From assembly GCA_036382775.1 (NCBI GenBank), contig DASVHD010000016.1, positions 8,323-72,322 on the forward strand: DNA of 64,000 bases, in the 5' to 3' direction. This DNA comes from a bacterium. GTDB lineage: Bacteria > Hydrothermota > Tepidihabitantia > SM23-42 > JAOAFX01. Under the pieces are notes generated by a model that saw only the letters and a program-made list of their open reading frames with translations, did no database searches and was not told the DNA's origin. This document shows, in pieces, positions 27,710 through 36,483 of this stretch. The translations under genes were made by a program, and so were the position numbers. The number at the start of each line of letters is the position of its first letter. Within the stretch, counting starts at the first letter, position 1.

Positions 27710-28183
27710 TCAATCTCCTTTCTTTTTTTTCTCAACTAACTGGTGATGGTAAGAACCTTCTCTTATCATTCTTACTCCGCATTTTGGACATTTTTCTTCC
27801 CGGCACGGCATTCCTGGTTTATGCGGTATCTTTTCGCCGCACTTTGGACATAAACAGAATCCGCATGAACCCATACCTGTTTTTAACATGGCATTCATTT
27901 GTATATTACCTCCTTCAATCCTTAATGCCTTGCCTTTGACCAAGGCAGCAGCCACCTTTCTGTGCGCCGACTCAATGATTCTGCCGAAAGTCTGACGCGA
28001 CACCTTCATTTTTTCTGCCGCCTGTTCCTGGTAAAGACCCTCAAGGTCGGCAAGCCTCACAGCCTCGAATTCATCCAAAGTCAATATTTCGACTTCAAGC
28101 ATGACCAGGGGTACACCACGGGGTTTAAAATAACAGCACCTGGGTTCAGACCCGATTTGTCGGCAGCATTGCGGTCTCGCCAT
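27710..28183 (-). CDS. DUF134 (UPF0251) DNA-binding protein fused to a CPxCG zinc-ribbon module
   Basis: [25 protein letters not shown]...[37 protein letters not shown] matches the DUF134 pattern; C-terminus paralogous to 23834-24034. Confidence 0.6.
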   Translation of the reverse strand: MARPQCCRQIGSEPRCCYFKPRGVPLVMLEVEILTLDEFEAVRLADLEGLYQEQAAEKMKVSRQTFGRIIESAHRKVAAALVKGKALRIEGGNIQMNAMLKTGMGSCGFCLCPKCGEKIPHKPGMPCREEKCPKCGVRMIREGSYHHQLVEKKKKGD

Positions 28184-28213
28184 CTATTCGATACTCCTTA
28201 CCATAGCCTATAT

Positions 28214-28241
28214 ATTATAGGCATATGCTCATAATTGTCAA
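28214..28241 (-). promoter_or_regulatory. consensus promoter TTGACA-16-TATAAT for the DUF134-NifX-FmdB-Mrp operon, overlapped by the near-palindrome cctatatattatagg (28207-28221)
   Basis: Hexamers read on the minus strand; 30-nt leader with RBS AAGGAG. Confidence 0.5.
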
Positions 28242-28309
28242 GGGAGTAAATTATATCAGCAATAAACATCAACCATTGATTCCGTACACTTCTTGGTTAA
28301 AATACCGCT

Positions 28310-28837
28310 ATGGACCAAAAAAAATTTATTGAACCAAAAGACCTTGATAAAAAACAACTGCTGGAATTACTGGAAGATGCCGCGAGAAACTGGCTTGCCC
28401 ACGACGGACTGTGGTTTCAAGCGGTTGAAAAAAAATGCGGTTTGGAGACGGCGATCGAACTTGATGGCAATGCCTGGAAAGAGTTCACTCAGATCGAAGC
28501 CCGGAGAATCATGAAACGCCTGAACATCAAACCCGGCGGCGGAATCCCGGCATTGCATCAGGCATTAAAATTTCGACTTTATGCGTTTGTAAATGTACAA
28601 GCAATAACTGAAGTTTCAGATAACCGATGCCTTTTCCGCATGATGAATTGTCGCGTACAAGAAGCGCGCAGAAGGAAAAACCTGCCTGACTTTCCATGTA
28701 AACCCGTAGGCATGATTGAATATTGCCATTTTGCAAAAACTATTGACCCGCGCATAGAAACACGCTGTATCGCGTGCCCGCCGGATCCCCATCCGGGAGA
28801 ATTCTATTGCTGCTGGGAATTTACTGCAGTTAAATAA
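28310..28837 (+). CDS. Cys-rich hypothetical protein (C-terminal CIACPPDPHPGEFYCCWEF)
   Basis: ORF only; no family recognised with confidence. Confidence 0.4.
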   Translation: MDQKKFIEPKDLDKKQLLELLEDAARNWLAHDGLWFQAVEKKCGLETAIELDGNAWKEFTQIEARRIMKRLNIKPGGGIPALHQALKFRLYAFVNVQAITEVSDNRCLFRMMNCRVQEARRRKNLPDFPCKPVGMIEYCHFAKTIDPRIETRCIACPPDPHPGEFYCCWEFTAVK

Positions 28838-30545
28838 TTTTAAAGATCAAATTTAGGATTCCACCAACCAGGAAACCGGAGCCGAGCAGGATCAACAGTA
28901 TTCTTAACGCATCACGCCACCCAAGTTCCCTCGCCATGGTGAAGAAGGTCGCGCAACAAGGAAGGTAGAGCACCAAAAAAATGCAGGCGATAACGAGCTG
29001 TTCAGGCCCGAGGTTATAAGGCGCCAACAATGCGATGGAGACATCTTTGCGCAAAAAACCGGATATCATAACCAGCGCCGTCTGCGGCGGCAGTCCGAGG
29101 ATGTACTCAAGTGGCGCGCCCAATATCACCGATAACGCATTGATCACCTTGAGCTGTTCTAAGATTCCAATGAAAAAGACACCCAGTATGATCAGCGGTA
29201 TCGCTTCGATGAAAAATGTACTCAACCGCAGCCAGACCTTCCTGAAAAGAATCGAAAGTCTCGGAATACGATAAGGCGGGATTTCGACGAACAGCTCGGG
29301 CGTCTCGCCCCTGAGCAGCTTATTCAGGAAAAAGCCCGTTAGGGCCGCGATGACGATGAGGATACCAAAGATTAATGCCACGTATCCGGCGCCATGGGGC
29401 ATGACCAGGCTTACGATCATAGCGGTCTGGGGCATGCAGGGCGCACTCATCATAATCAGAGCGACGGCTATCACCTTCTCCCGTCTGGTTTCCAGGATCC
29501 TCGTGGCGAGCATCGCCGGGACTTTGCATCCAAGACCTAATATGATGGGGATAGCGGAATAACCGTGCAGTCCCAGCCGATGAAAAATGCTGTCCAGAAG
29601 GACGGCCAACCGGGGGAGATAGCCCCAATCCTCCAGGAAACTCAATACTAAATAGAAGCCGAAAAGATAGGGAAGCACAACAACCAGCGGAATATAGAGA
29701 GCGGTTGTCAAAAGCCCGAATGATTCCAGAACATTCGGAGTTGTTCCCAGAAGCAGGGCACGGATAAACGGCACCGGTATCAAACTCACAATCCTTGCGA
29801 TAAAAGGTAAATAAAGGTTGTTGAACAAGGGATCGAGCAGAATGTTGATCAGTCCTTCACCGATAAGCCTGATAACATAAAATGTAGCCGCGAGGATAAC
29901 GAGGGCAATCATGATCCCGGTCACCGGTTTTATGGTCAGGTCGCCCAACATCTCCCAGAACGTGTGATGCCGGTGCCTCACGGTCTGGACCTGCTCTATG
30001 ATTTTCCCAACCTCGTGCCATTTTTCGGCATCTTCGTATTCATAAATACTTTTTTTAGCTTCGTTCAGCCTCCCGATCAATTCCTTTATTCTTTCACCCG
30101 TAACCGCGACCGTGGGTACGACCGGAATGCCGAGGATCGCCTCGAGCTTACCGATATTAATAGTGATACCAGTGTGTTTTGTTTCATCCCAGAGGTTAAG
30201 CACAACGATCAACAGGATATCTTTTTTCAGGAGCTGGAGCGTCAAGTTCAGATTTCTCTCCAGATTCGTGGCATCCAAAACATTTACCACAACAACGCCC
30301 TTGTCGCCGACCGCATCGTTAAGCAGCTCCAGCGCGACCTTTTCGGCCGGATTGGTCGGCTCCAGGCTGTATGTTCCCGGCACATCAACCACATCAACCT
30401 TCTGGTCGCCGACCTTCATGCTGCCCGACACGAATTCTACCGTGGTTCCCGGATAATTCGACGATATGACCCCGACGCCGGTAAGCCTTGAAAAAACGAC
30501 ACTCTTACCCACGTTGGGATTACCCATTAGCAAGATCTTTTTCAT
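28830..30545 (-). CDS. feoB: ferrous iron transporter FeoB
   Basis: N-terminal G-domain MGNPNVGKS; polytopic membrane C-terminus. Confidence 0.8.
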   Translation of the reverse strand: MKKILLMGNPNVGKSVVFSRLTGVGVISSNYPGTTVEFVSGSMKVGDQKVDVVDVPGTYSLEPTNPAEKVALELLNDAVGDKGVVVVNVLDATNLERNLNLTLQLLKKDILLIVVLNLWDETKHTGITINIGKLEAILGIPVVPTVAVTGERIKELIGRLNEAKKSIYEYEDAEKWHEVGKIIEQVQTVRHRHHTFWEMLGDLTIKPVTGIMIALVILAATFYVIRLIGEGLINILLDPLFNNLYLPFIARIVSLIPVPFIRALLLGTTPNVLESFGLLTTALYIPLVVVLPYLFGFYLVLSFLEDWGYLPRLAVLLDSIFHRLGLHGYSAIPIILGLGCKVPAMLATRILETRREKVIAVALIMMSAPCMPQTAMIVSLVMPHGAGYVALIFGILIVIAALTGFFLNKLLRGETPELFVEIPPYRIPRLSILFRKVWLRLSTFFIEAIPLIILGVFFIGILEQLKVINALSVILGAPLEYILGLPPQTALVMISGFLRKDVSIALLAPYNLGPEQLVIACIFLVLYLPCCATFFTMARELGWRDALRILLILLGSGFLVGGILNLIFKII

Positions 30546-30563
30546 GTCATTAATTTATTATTG

Positions 30564-30815
30564 CTATTGGCTACGATCATTGTCTGCAGGTTTGACAATA
30601 ATCCGGCGGGCTATGCCAAAACCTATCGCAACCTGGGCTTTGCCAACGCCTACGATCACCGGTCCGTGCATAATCTGCGTACTCACTTTGGTTATTTCTA
30701 CTCCGGGACGGATCTCCAGTGCCTCCAGTTTCATGGCCATTCCCCTGCCGCCCTGGATTTCAATAACTTTTCCCTTTTGGCCCGGTTGCATTACTGTTAA
30801 ATCGATCTTGTTCAT
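30564..30815 (-). CDS. feoA: FeoA
   Basis: 83-aa SH3-like protein immediately upstream of feoB. Confidence 0.7.
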   Translation of the reverse strand: MNKIDLTVMQPGQKGKVIEIQGGRGMAMKLEALEIRPGVEITKVSTQIMHGPVIVGVGKAQVAIGFGIARRIIVKPADNDRSQ

Positions 30816-31277
30816 TTACCTCTCCTTTGAAGAGCACTTCTTACAAAGCCCGTACAATTCCAATTTATGCGATTCTACTTTAAACCCATGCTTCGCCGCA
30901 ACCTGTTTTTGCAATTTTTCTATCTCATCTTGAGAAAATTCTATTATTTGCCCGCACCTCAAACAGATCAGGTGGTCGTGATGCTCGGCTTTGTGTCTGG
31001 GTTCAAATCTTGTCTCTTTGCCTTTAAATTGGCAGATATGCGCCAAACCCATATTGGCAAGTAATTTCAACGCGCGATAAACAGTCGCATAGCTGATCTG
31101 GGGATTGATTTTTTTGATTTCGTTATAGAGTTCCTCGGCCGTAAAATGCCGGTCCTCCTTAAGAAAATAATTAACGATGGATGTTCTTTTTTTAGAAGCT
31201 TTCAGCTTTTGTTCTTTTTTATATTTCTGGTACTCGTCCAGTCCATTTTGCTTTTTGATTTTGATTTGCATTTTCAT
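30816..31277 (-). CDS. Fur-family metalloregulator (copy 1), probably translated from a leaderless mRNA
   Basis: HHDHLICLRCGQIIEF...CKKC; start reassigned to the ATG at 31277 (MKMQIKIKK) because the track's TTG start is the -35 box itself. Confidence 0.7.
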   Translation of the reverse strand: MKMQIKIKKQNGLDEYQKYKKEQKLKASKKRTSIVNYFLKEDRHFTAEELYNEIKKINPQISYATVYRALKLLANMGLAHICQFKGKETRFEPRHKAEHHDHLICLRCGQIIEFSQDEIEKLQKQVAAKHGFKVESHKLELYGLCKKCSSKER

Positions 31278-31283
31278 TATTAT

Positions 31284-31311
31284 ATTATACTTAAAGAGCC
31301 GCAAATGTCAA
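31284..31311 (-). promoter_or_regulatory. consensus promoter TTGACA-16-TATAAT, 6 nt before the fur ATG
   Basis: Read on the minus strand: ttgaca tttgcggctctttaag tataat ataata ATG. Confidence 0.55.
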
Positions 31312-31407
31312 GAACCATTGTTACCGGCTGTCAATCTCTCCGCAATCGGCGCGTTCCGATTTATGCTCATTATGCGAGACCGCGAAGTAATTTTTCTCCA
31401 TCCGGAT

Positions 31408-31435
31408 TGACTAATATGAATAAAACCCTATAATA
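31408..31435 (+). promoter_or_regulatory. promoter TTGACT-16-TATAAT for the DUF192 gene, with ~7-nt leader
   Basis: Hexamers read directly; the ATG at 31449 has no obvious RBS. Confidence 0.5.
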
Positions 31436-31448
31436 TTCCTGAGACACG

Positions 31449-32006
31449 ATGAGATCAATGAGGCAAGAAATAAGGCAAAAAACAATATTAGTCCCGAATA
31501 AGATAATTGATCATACGGTTGTATGCACATTGTGTTTCCTCGCATGGTGGGTGCTCAACGCAGCCTGCAAAAAATCCGAGCGGGCACCTGCTTCGGATAA
31601 GCGGTACGAAGTTCCATTCAAGAAAGAAGGCCGGCTCGCGTTTATCAAAAAGGACACAAACGATACATTGATCGTGATCGATATTGAAATCGCCGATAAC
31701 GAGGAAGAAAGAACCCGGGGACTCATGTGGCGCTATTCAATGCCAGACGGCGATGGCATGCTATTTGTTTTCGGAGAGGAAAGTCCGTTGTCGTTCTGGA
31801 TGAAGAACACGTATATACCTCTAGATATTGTGTTTGTCAATAAGAGATATGAAATCATCACAATTCGGCAGAACACAACTCCTTTGGATGAAATGCCGAT
31901 ACCGTCGGATAAACCAGCCCAGTACGTGGTCGAAGTAAATGCCTGGTTTTGCGCCCGCCGCCGGATTAAAACCGGCGATGGGATCGGGTATGTTAAAGTC
32001 AAATAA
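31449..32006 (+). CDS. DUF192 (UPF0127/COG1430) protein with N-terminal membrane anchor
   Basis: MPDGDGMLFVF...FWMKNTYIPLDIVFV matches the DUF192 pattern. Confidence 0.5.
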   Translation: MRSMRQEIRQKTILVPNKIIDHTVVCTLCFLAWWVLNAACKKSERAPASDKRYEVPFKKEGRLAFIKKDTNDTLIVIDIEIADNEEERTRGLMWRYSMPDGDGMLFVFGEESPLSFWMKNTYIPLDIVFVNKRYEIITIRQNTTPLDEMPIPSDKPAQYVVEVNAWFCARRRIKTGDGIGYVKVK

Positions 32007-32011
32007 AAACG

Positions 32012-32314
32012 TCAGTGCTTTTTTACCCGAAAAAACAGTTTGCAGTAACAATGGCCGTCCTTTTTTACCTCTTCATCGAGCGCGGGGCACGGGCAGAGGA
32101 CGTCATTAACCTCATCCAGTGGATCACTCTGCTTGCAGGGACAGAAGTATTTCCCATGCTCCTGATAATTCATGGTCATTAGTCCCACAACTTTTTTAAC
32201 CCGCTCATTATTCTGGTTCAGCCTGTATCCTTTGCTATTAGCAATACCTTCGATTCTTTTTAGATTTTCATCGTATTCTGTCATGCCGACAACGTCATCC
32301 CACTCATTAGCCAT
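32012..32314 (-). CDS. ferredoxin:thioredoxin reductase catalytic-subunit-like protein, standalone (copy 2)
   Basis: CPC-x13-CPC-x11-CYC motif; paralog of the N-terminal domain of the selD fusion. Confidence 0.6.
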   Translation of the reverse strand: MANEWDDVVGMTEYDENLKRIEGIANSKGYRLNQNNERVKKVVGLMTMNYQEHGKYFCPCKQSDPLDEVNDVLCPCPALDEEVKKDGHCYCKLFFRVKKH

Positions 32315-32564
32315 GTTGCCTCCCTTTTTTTAGTTTTAGAAAATCAGGAACTAAACAGGAATTTTTGGAATGTATTAAATGTAAATTGCGTAGATTGAAT
32401 AACTGGTGATGATTTTCTAAAGAGACCCGACCGGGTCGAAAAACCCGGAGAGTCATTTGTTATTTCCCCAAAAGGTAATGAGTTCTCTCATATTCAAGGC
32501 AATCATATGCGAATAATTTTTAATGTCAACATGGCAACTTGTTTTTTGCATGGTGCACCATGTG

Positions 32565-32930
32565 TCAATACATATTCCATTTCAATTTTGTTTCAAGGAT
32601 TTTGTTCTCTTTTATTTTTTCTTCACGCTGTTCAGAGTCGCATTCTAAAAGCAATGTTTTGAGCACTTCGGCATGCGCCTTTGCGTCTCTCGCCAGGTCA
32701 AGGAGAATCTTCCTAATGTGCTCGTTCGTGGTGAGCGTTGACAATTGTTCATAGAGATTTATCGCATCCGACTCCGCATTAGTACCAGCCCTGATGATTT
32801 CTTTGTCTAATTCCTCTTTGTGCAATTTATCCCATTTTGAAGGAATTTGGAATGGCATTTTTACCTCCTTCTCAAACATTTCGTCCTTAATATGTTCAAA
32901 AGACACCCAGAGCTTTTTTAACAAAATCAA
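32565..32930 (-). CDS. small ferritin-like/rubrerythrin-like protein
   Basis: AESDAINLYEQLS...EHIRKILLDLARDAKAHAEVLKTLL four-helix-bundle-like pattern; ATGA-coupled to the upstream M23 gene. Confidence 0.4.
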   Translation of the reverse strand: MILLKKLWVSFEHIKDEMFEKEVKMPFQIPSKWDKLHKEELDKEIIRAGTNAESDAINLYEQLSTLTTNEHIRKILLDLARDAKAHAEVLKTLLLECDSEQREEKIKENKILETKLKWNMY

Positions 32931-33844
32931 TCATAAATCATATCGGACAGATTGATGTAATTAGATGGATTTACTCTGATGCCTGAGACGTGTACTTCAT
33001 AATGCAAGTGCGAACAGGTTGCACGGCCTGTTGAGCCGACAGTGGCAATTATCTGTCCCCGCTTTATTATATCACCTAATTTCACCAAAATACTTTGACA
33101 ATGAGCATAGCGGGTTACATATCCATAACCATGGTCAATTTCAACCGACAATCCAAAACCCTGATTCCATCCCGTAAAGATAACTATGCCATCAGCTGTT
33201 GCATAAATTTGTGTTCCGGTCGGAGCACCGATATCAACGCCCCAATGCATGCGGATTTCTTTGGTGAACGGATCAACCCGGTAACCAAAGGGCGAGCCAA
33301 GAATACGCCCAGGTAAAGGATTTACTGAAGGCATATGTGCATAGCAATTCAGGTTGTCATCGATTTTGCGTTTTATTTCACCAAGACTCTTTCCTCTGAG
33401 ATTGCATTGACCACATAGGATATTAAGAGCATCGTGGATATCATCCAACATTTTTTGCGTCTGACTCGACAAATTTTTATCTGAGAAATCACTGGTGCTG
33501 CCGCCTATTCCCATAGACCACACATCGGGGTGTATATTGGCCATTTCCAGATAGGTGCGCTCGCGATAATCTCTGGCAATTTGTGTTTCCAGTTGCTGAT
33601 TTGCAGCTTGAACTAAGTGAGATAGTGAATCCGATTTCGCCAACAAGAATAAGTGTTCATCTTCAAGTCTGGCAAGGTTTGTCTTGGCAGCCGTAGTACA
33701 TGCGCGATAACAAAATAAGGCTATCGTAAAGGTAGTGAGAATCAAAAAGAGTGTAGCAATAAAATATGGTAGTATCCATGGCAGAGAAAGGCGGCGTGTC
33801 CAATTCCTCTTTCTGGATATCAACACTAAGTTGATTTTTTCCAT
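32927..33844 (-). CDS. M23-family peptidase (copy 2) with N-terminal membrane anchor
   Basis: HWGVDIGAP...GFGLSVEIDHGYGYVTRYAH...GSTGRATCSHLHYEVH. Confidence 0.75.
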   Translation of the reverse strand: MEKINLVLISRKRNWTRRLSLPWILPYFIATLFLILTTFTIALFCYRACTTAAKTNLARLEDEHLFLLAKSDSLSHLVQAANQQLETQIARDYRERTYLEMANIHPDVWSMGIGGSTSDFSDKNLSSQTQKMLDDIHDALNILCGQCNLRGKSLGEIKRKIDDNLNCYAHMPSVNPLPGRILGSPFGYRVDPFTKEIRMHWGVDIGAPTGTQIYATADGIVIFTGWNQGFGLSVEIDHGYGYVTRYAHCQSILVKLGDIIKRGQIIATVGSTGRATCSHLHYEVHVSGIRVNPSNYINLSDMIYD

Positions 33845-33852
33845 TATCCCTT

Positions 33853-35022
33853 TTATATTTTATCCAGCGCCTGTTTCAAATCATCAATCAAGTCGTTTAT
33901 GTTCTCAAGTCCAACTGACAACCTGACGAAACCTGGTTTGATACCGATTCTCATTAACTCTTCTTCAGTGTATGCCACGTGTGTCATTGAAGCCGGGTGT
34001 TCGATCAATGTATCAATATCACCGAGACTAACAGCAAGGATGCACAGTCTGACCGAATTCATTAATTTTTTACCTGCTTCAATGCCATTCTTAAGATCAA
34101 AACCGATCATACCTCCGAAGTTTGTCATCTGTTTCTTAGCCATTTCATAGCCGGGGTGCCCGGGCAGACCGGGATAATAAACTCTTTCAACTTTAGGGTG
34201 AGCCGCGAGGAAATCGGCAATTTCCATCGCATTTAAACAGTGCCTGTCCATTCTCACGGCAAGCGTCTTCAATCCACGTAAAACCAGCCAAGCGTTGAAA
34301 GGCGACATTGTTGCGCCGGTATGTTTTGCGAATTCTGACTGCATCCTTACAATGAAGTCGTTTTTACCGACAACTGCGCCGCCGATTATATCACCATGTC
34401 CGCCAAAATACTTCGTTGCCGAGTGAACAACTACGTCAGCACCGAATTGTATGGGCCTTTGCAGATATGGCGTTGCAAAGGTATTATCTACACACAAGTA
34501 TATTTGGTGTTTTTTTGCAATTTCTGCACATCGTTCAATGTCAATAATTTTCAATGTTGGATTTGCCGGGGTCTCAAAGAAAATCAGCCTGGTATTGGGT
34601 TTTATTGATCTTTCTATCTCCCCATTTTGCGCTGCATCAATAAAAGTTGTATGAATGCCCAACCGCGGCAGGACAATCTTGAATTGAGCGTATGTTCCAC
34701 CGTAAATTGTATTGTCACAAATGATATGCTCATTACTTTTAACACAGGTTATTATCGTCGCGAAAATAGCGGCGAGGCCCGAAGCAAATATAAGTCCGGC
34801 TTCGGCTGATTCCAGAAGGGCAATCTGCCGAGCAAGAAGGTCGGTGGTCGGATTTCGAAGCCGGGTGTAGATATATCCCGCTTCTTCATTTTGGAAAAGA
34901 TCAGCGCCGTGCTCGGCACTCTTGAAAGCAAAAGTTGATGTTTGATATATAGGCGGTGAAATGGCGCCCGTAATTTTGTCGGGATGCTGTTCCCCGTGAA
35001 CGATTATCGTTTCAACCCGCAT
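33853..35022 (-). CDS. methionine gamma-lyase-like PLP enzyme (copy 2)
   Basis: Colinear with 22238-23407 and similar along its whole length. Confidence 0.75.
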   Translation of the reverse strand: MRVETIIVHGEQHPDKITGAISPPIYQTSTFAFKSAEHGADLFQNEEAGYIYTRLRNPTTDLLARQIALLESAEAGLIFASGLAAIFATIITCVKSNEHIICDNTIYGGTYAQFKIVLPRLGIHTTFIDAAQNGEIERSIKPNTRLIFFETPANPTLKIIDIERCAEIAKKHQIYLCVDNTFATPYLQRPIQFGADVVVHSATKYFGGHGDIIGGAVVGKNDFIVRMQSEFAKHTGATMSPFNAWLVLRGLKTLAVRMDRHCLNAMEIADFLAAHPKVERVYYPGLPGHPGYEMAKKQMTNFGGMIGFDLKNGIEAGKKLMNSVRLCILAVSLGDIDTLIEHPASMTHVAYTEEELMRIGIKPGFVRLSVGLENINDLIDDLKQALDKI

Positions 35023-35181
35023 AGAACCTCCTCAACCATTGAAATGTGCTTGGATCCAGTGCCCTTAAAACGCTGGTTGCCCGTGCACGCGAAATTAATG
35101 ACCTTGCATGCAGTCGGTAGGAAAGAGAAATCGTTACGATGTTAATGAAAACCATTATCACTTATGAAAAAAAATATATCA

Positions 35182-36393
35182 TCATGATTTACCAACGGCG
35201 TTTTCTGCTATTTCACTTATCGCTTGTATTGTTCTTTGGATTTCCACGGCGGTGTTGAATGGTCCGATCGACAGCCGAACAGTACCGTCTGGCATCGTGC
35301 CGATGTTGTCATGAACAAGAGGGGCACAATGCAAACCCGTCCGCGAGTAAATGCCGTATCTGGTTTCAAGCATAGCACCTGTTTTATCCACGTCAAGTCC
35401 CTTTATTCGGAATGAGATTATGGCAGTGTGCTTTCCCATAACCGGTTCATTATAAAGAACGACATTGTCGATCTTCCGGAGTTCATTGCACAGCATTTTT
35501 GCGAGTTTCATTTCGTGTTTATATATGTTTTCTATTCCTTTTTCGAAAATATAATCATGCGCTGCAAAAAGACCCGCCACTCCAACCATATTTATCGTGC
35601 CGCACTCCAGATAATACGGAAACTTTTCTGGTTGATATCTTTCCTGGGAAAGTATTCCTGTACCGCCGAAACGAACCGCTTCTATTTTCACTCCATCCCG
35701 GATTTGCATGCCGCCGATGCCCATTGGACCCAACAACGATTTGTGTCCTGTAAACGCCACGACGTCAATATGCGATTTTTCCATATCGATGGGCACAACA
35801 CCAGCCGTCTGCGCGGCATCAAGCGCGAAAATCACGCCTGCTTTTGTGCATATTTCGCCGATATCCTTTATCGGTTGAATTGAGCCGATTACATTAGAGC
35901 AATGATTGACGATGACCAGTTTCGTATTCTTTTTGATTTTTTTCTTTATATCAGCAGGATCGATAAATCCTTTTTTATCGAATCCGATCCAATCTACATT
36001 GATATGCATCCTTAACGCCAGGTGATTCAATGGCCGAATAACCGCATTATGCTCCAGCGCAGTTGTTATGACGTGATCGCCATTTTTCAGAATACCATTG
36101 ATTATCATATTGAGCGAATCAGTTGCATTGTATGTAAAAATCAACCGATTGCGGTTCTCGGAATGAAAGAACCGCGTTAGTTTATCGCGTGTTCTCTCAA
36201 GTATCGTCTCCGCCTGTTGATAAGCATAACCTTTTGCCCGGCCGGGATTGACTCCATATTGTCGATAAAAGGCATTCATGAATTTGTAAACGCAATCCGG
36301 CTTGGGAAAAGTAGTTGATGCATTATCAAGATAGACGAAAGAAGTTCGCCTGAATTCTTTGGTGGCTCTTGTAATTTTTTTCATTTTACTCAC
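35182..36393 (-). CDS. class V aminotransferase, cysteine desulfurase/selenocysteine lyase-like (NifS/CsdA family)
   Basis: ~400 aa; ...VAFTGHKSLLGPMGIGG... PLP-Lys region. Confidence 0.7.
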   Translation of the reverse strand: MSKMKKITRATKEFRRTSFVYLDNASTTFPKPDCVYKFMNAFYRQYGVNPGRAKGYAYQQAETILERTRDKLTRFFHSENRNRLIFTYNATDSLNMIINGILKNGDHVITTALEHNAVIRPLNHLALRMHINVDWIGFDKKGFIDPADIKKKIKKNTKLVIVNHCSNVIGSIQPIKDIGEICTKAGVIFALDAAQTAGVVPIDMEKSHIDVVAFTGHKSLLGPMGIGGMQIRDGVKIEAVRFGGTGILSQERYQPEKFPYYLECGTINMVGVAGLFAAHDYIFEKGIENIYKHEMKLAKMLCNELRKIDNVVLYNEPVMGKHTAIISFRIKGLDVDKTGAMLETRYGIYSRTGLHCAPLVHDNIGTMPDGTVRLSIGPFNTAVEIQRTIQAISEIAENAVGKS

Positions 36394-36446
36394 GTTACCT
36401 CCTTTTTTCAGCGGGAAAGATAATTTTCATGATTAAGTTATCCTAA

Positions 36447-36466
36447 TAGTAATGATAATCATTTTC
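36447..36466. promoter_or_regulatory. Fur box: AATGATAATCATT, an exact 13-mer core of the Fur consensus GATAATGATAATCATTATC
   Basis: tagtaatgataatcattttc lies ~55 nt upstream of the NifS-like start and directly downstream of the Fur copy 2 gene. Confidence 0.6.
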
Positions 36467-36483
36467 ATTAATAAAAAAAATTT

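Noticed and set aside
31305-31400. Fur box upstream of Fur copy 1 / feoAB (tttatgctcattatgcgag)
   Set aside because: It shares only a CATTAT half-site with the consensus. That is much weaker than the perfect box at 36447-36466.
35023-35181. Possible SAM/other riboswitch in the 159-nt leader of MGL copy 2
   Set aside because: No match by eye to SAM-I/SAM-II/T-box consensus cores; it would need a covariance-model search.
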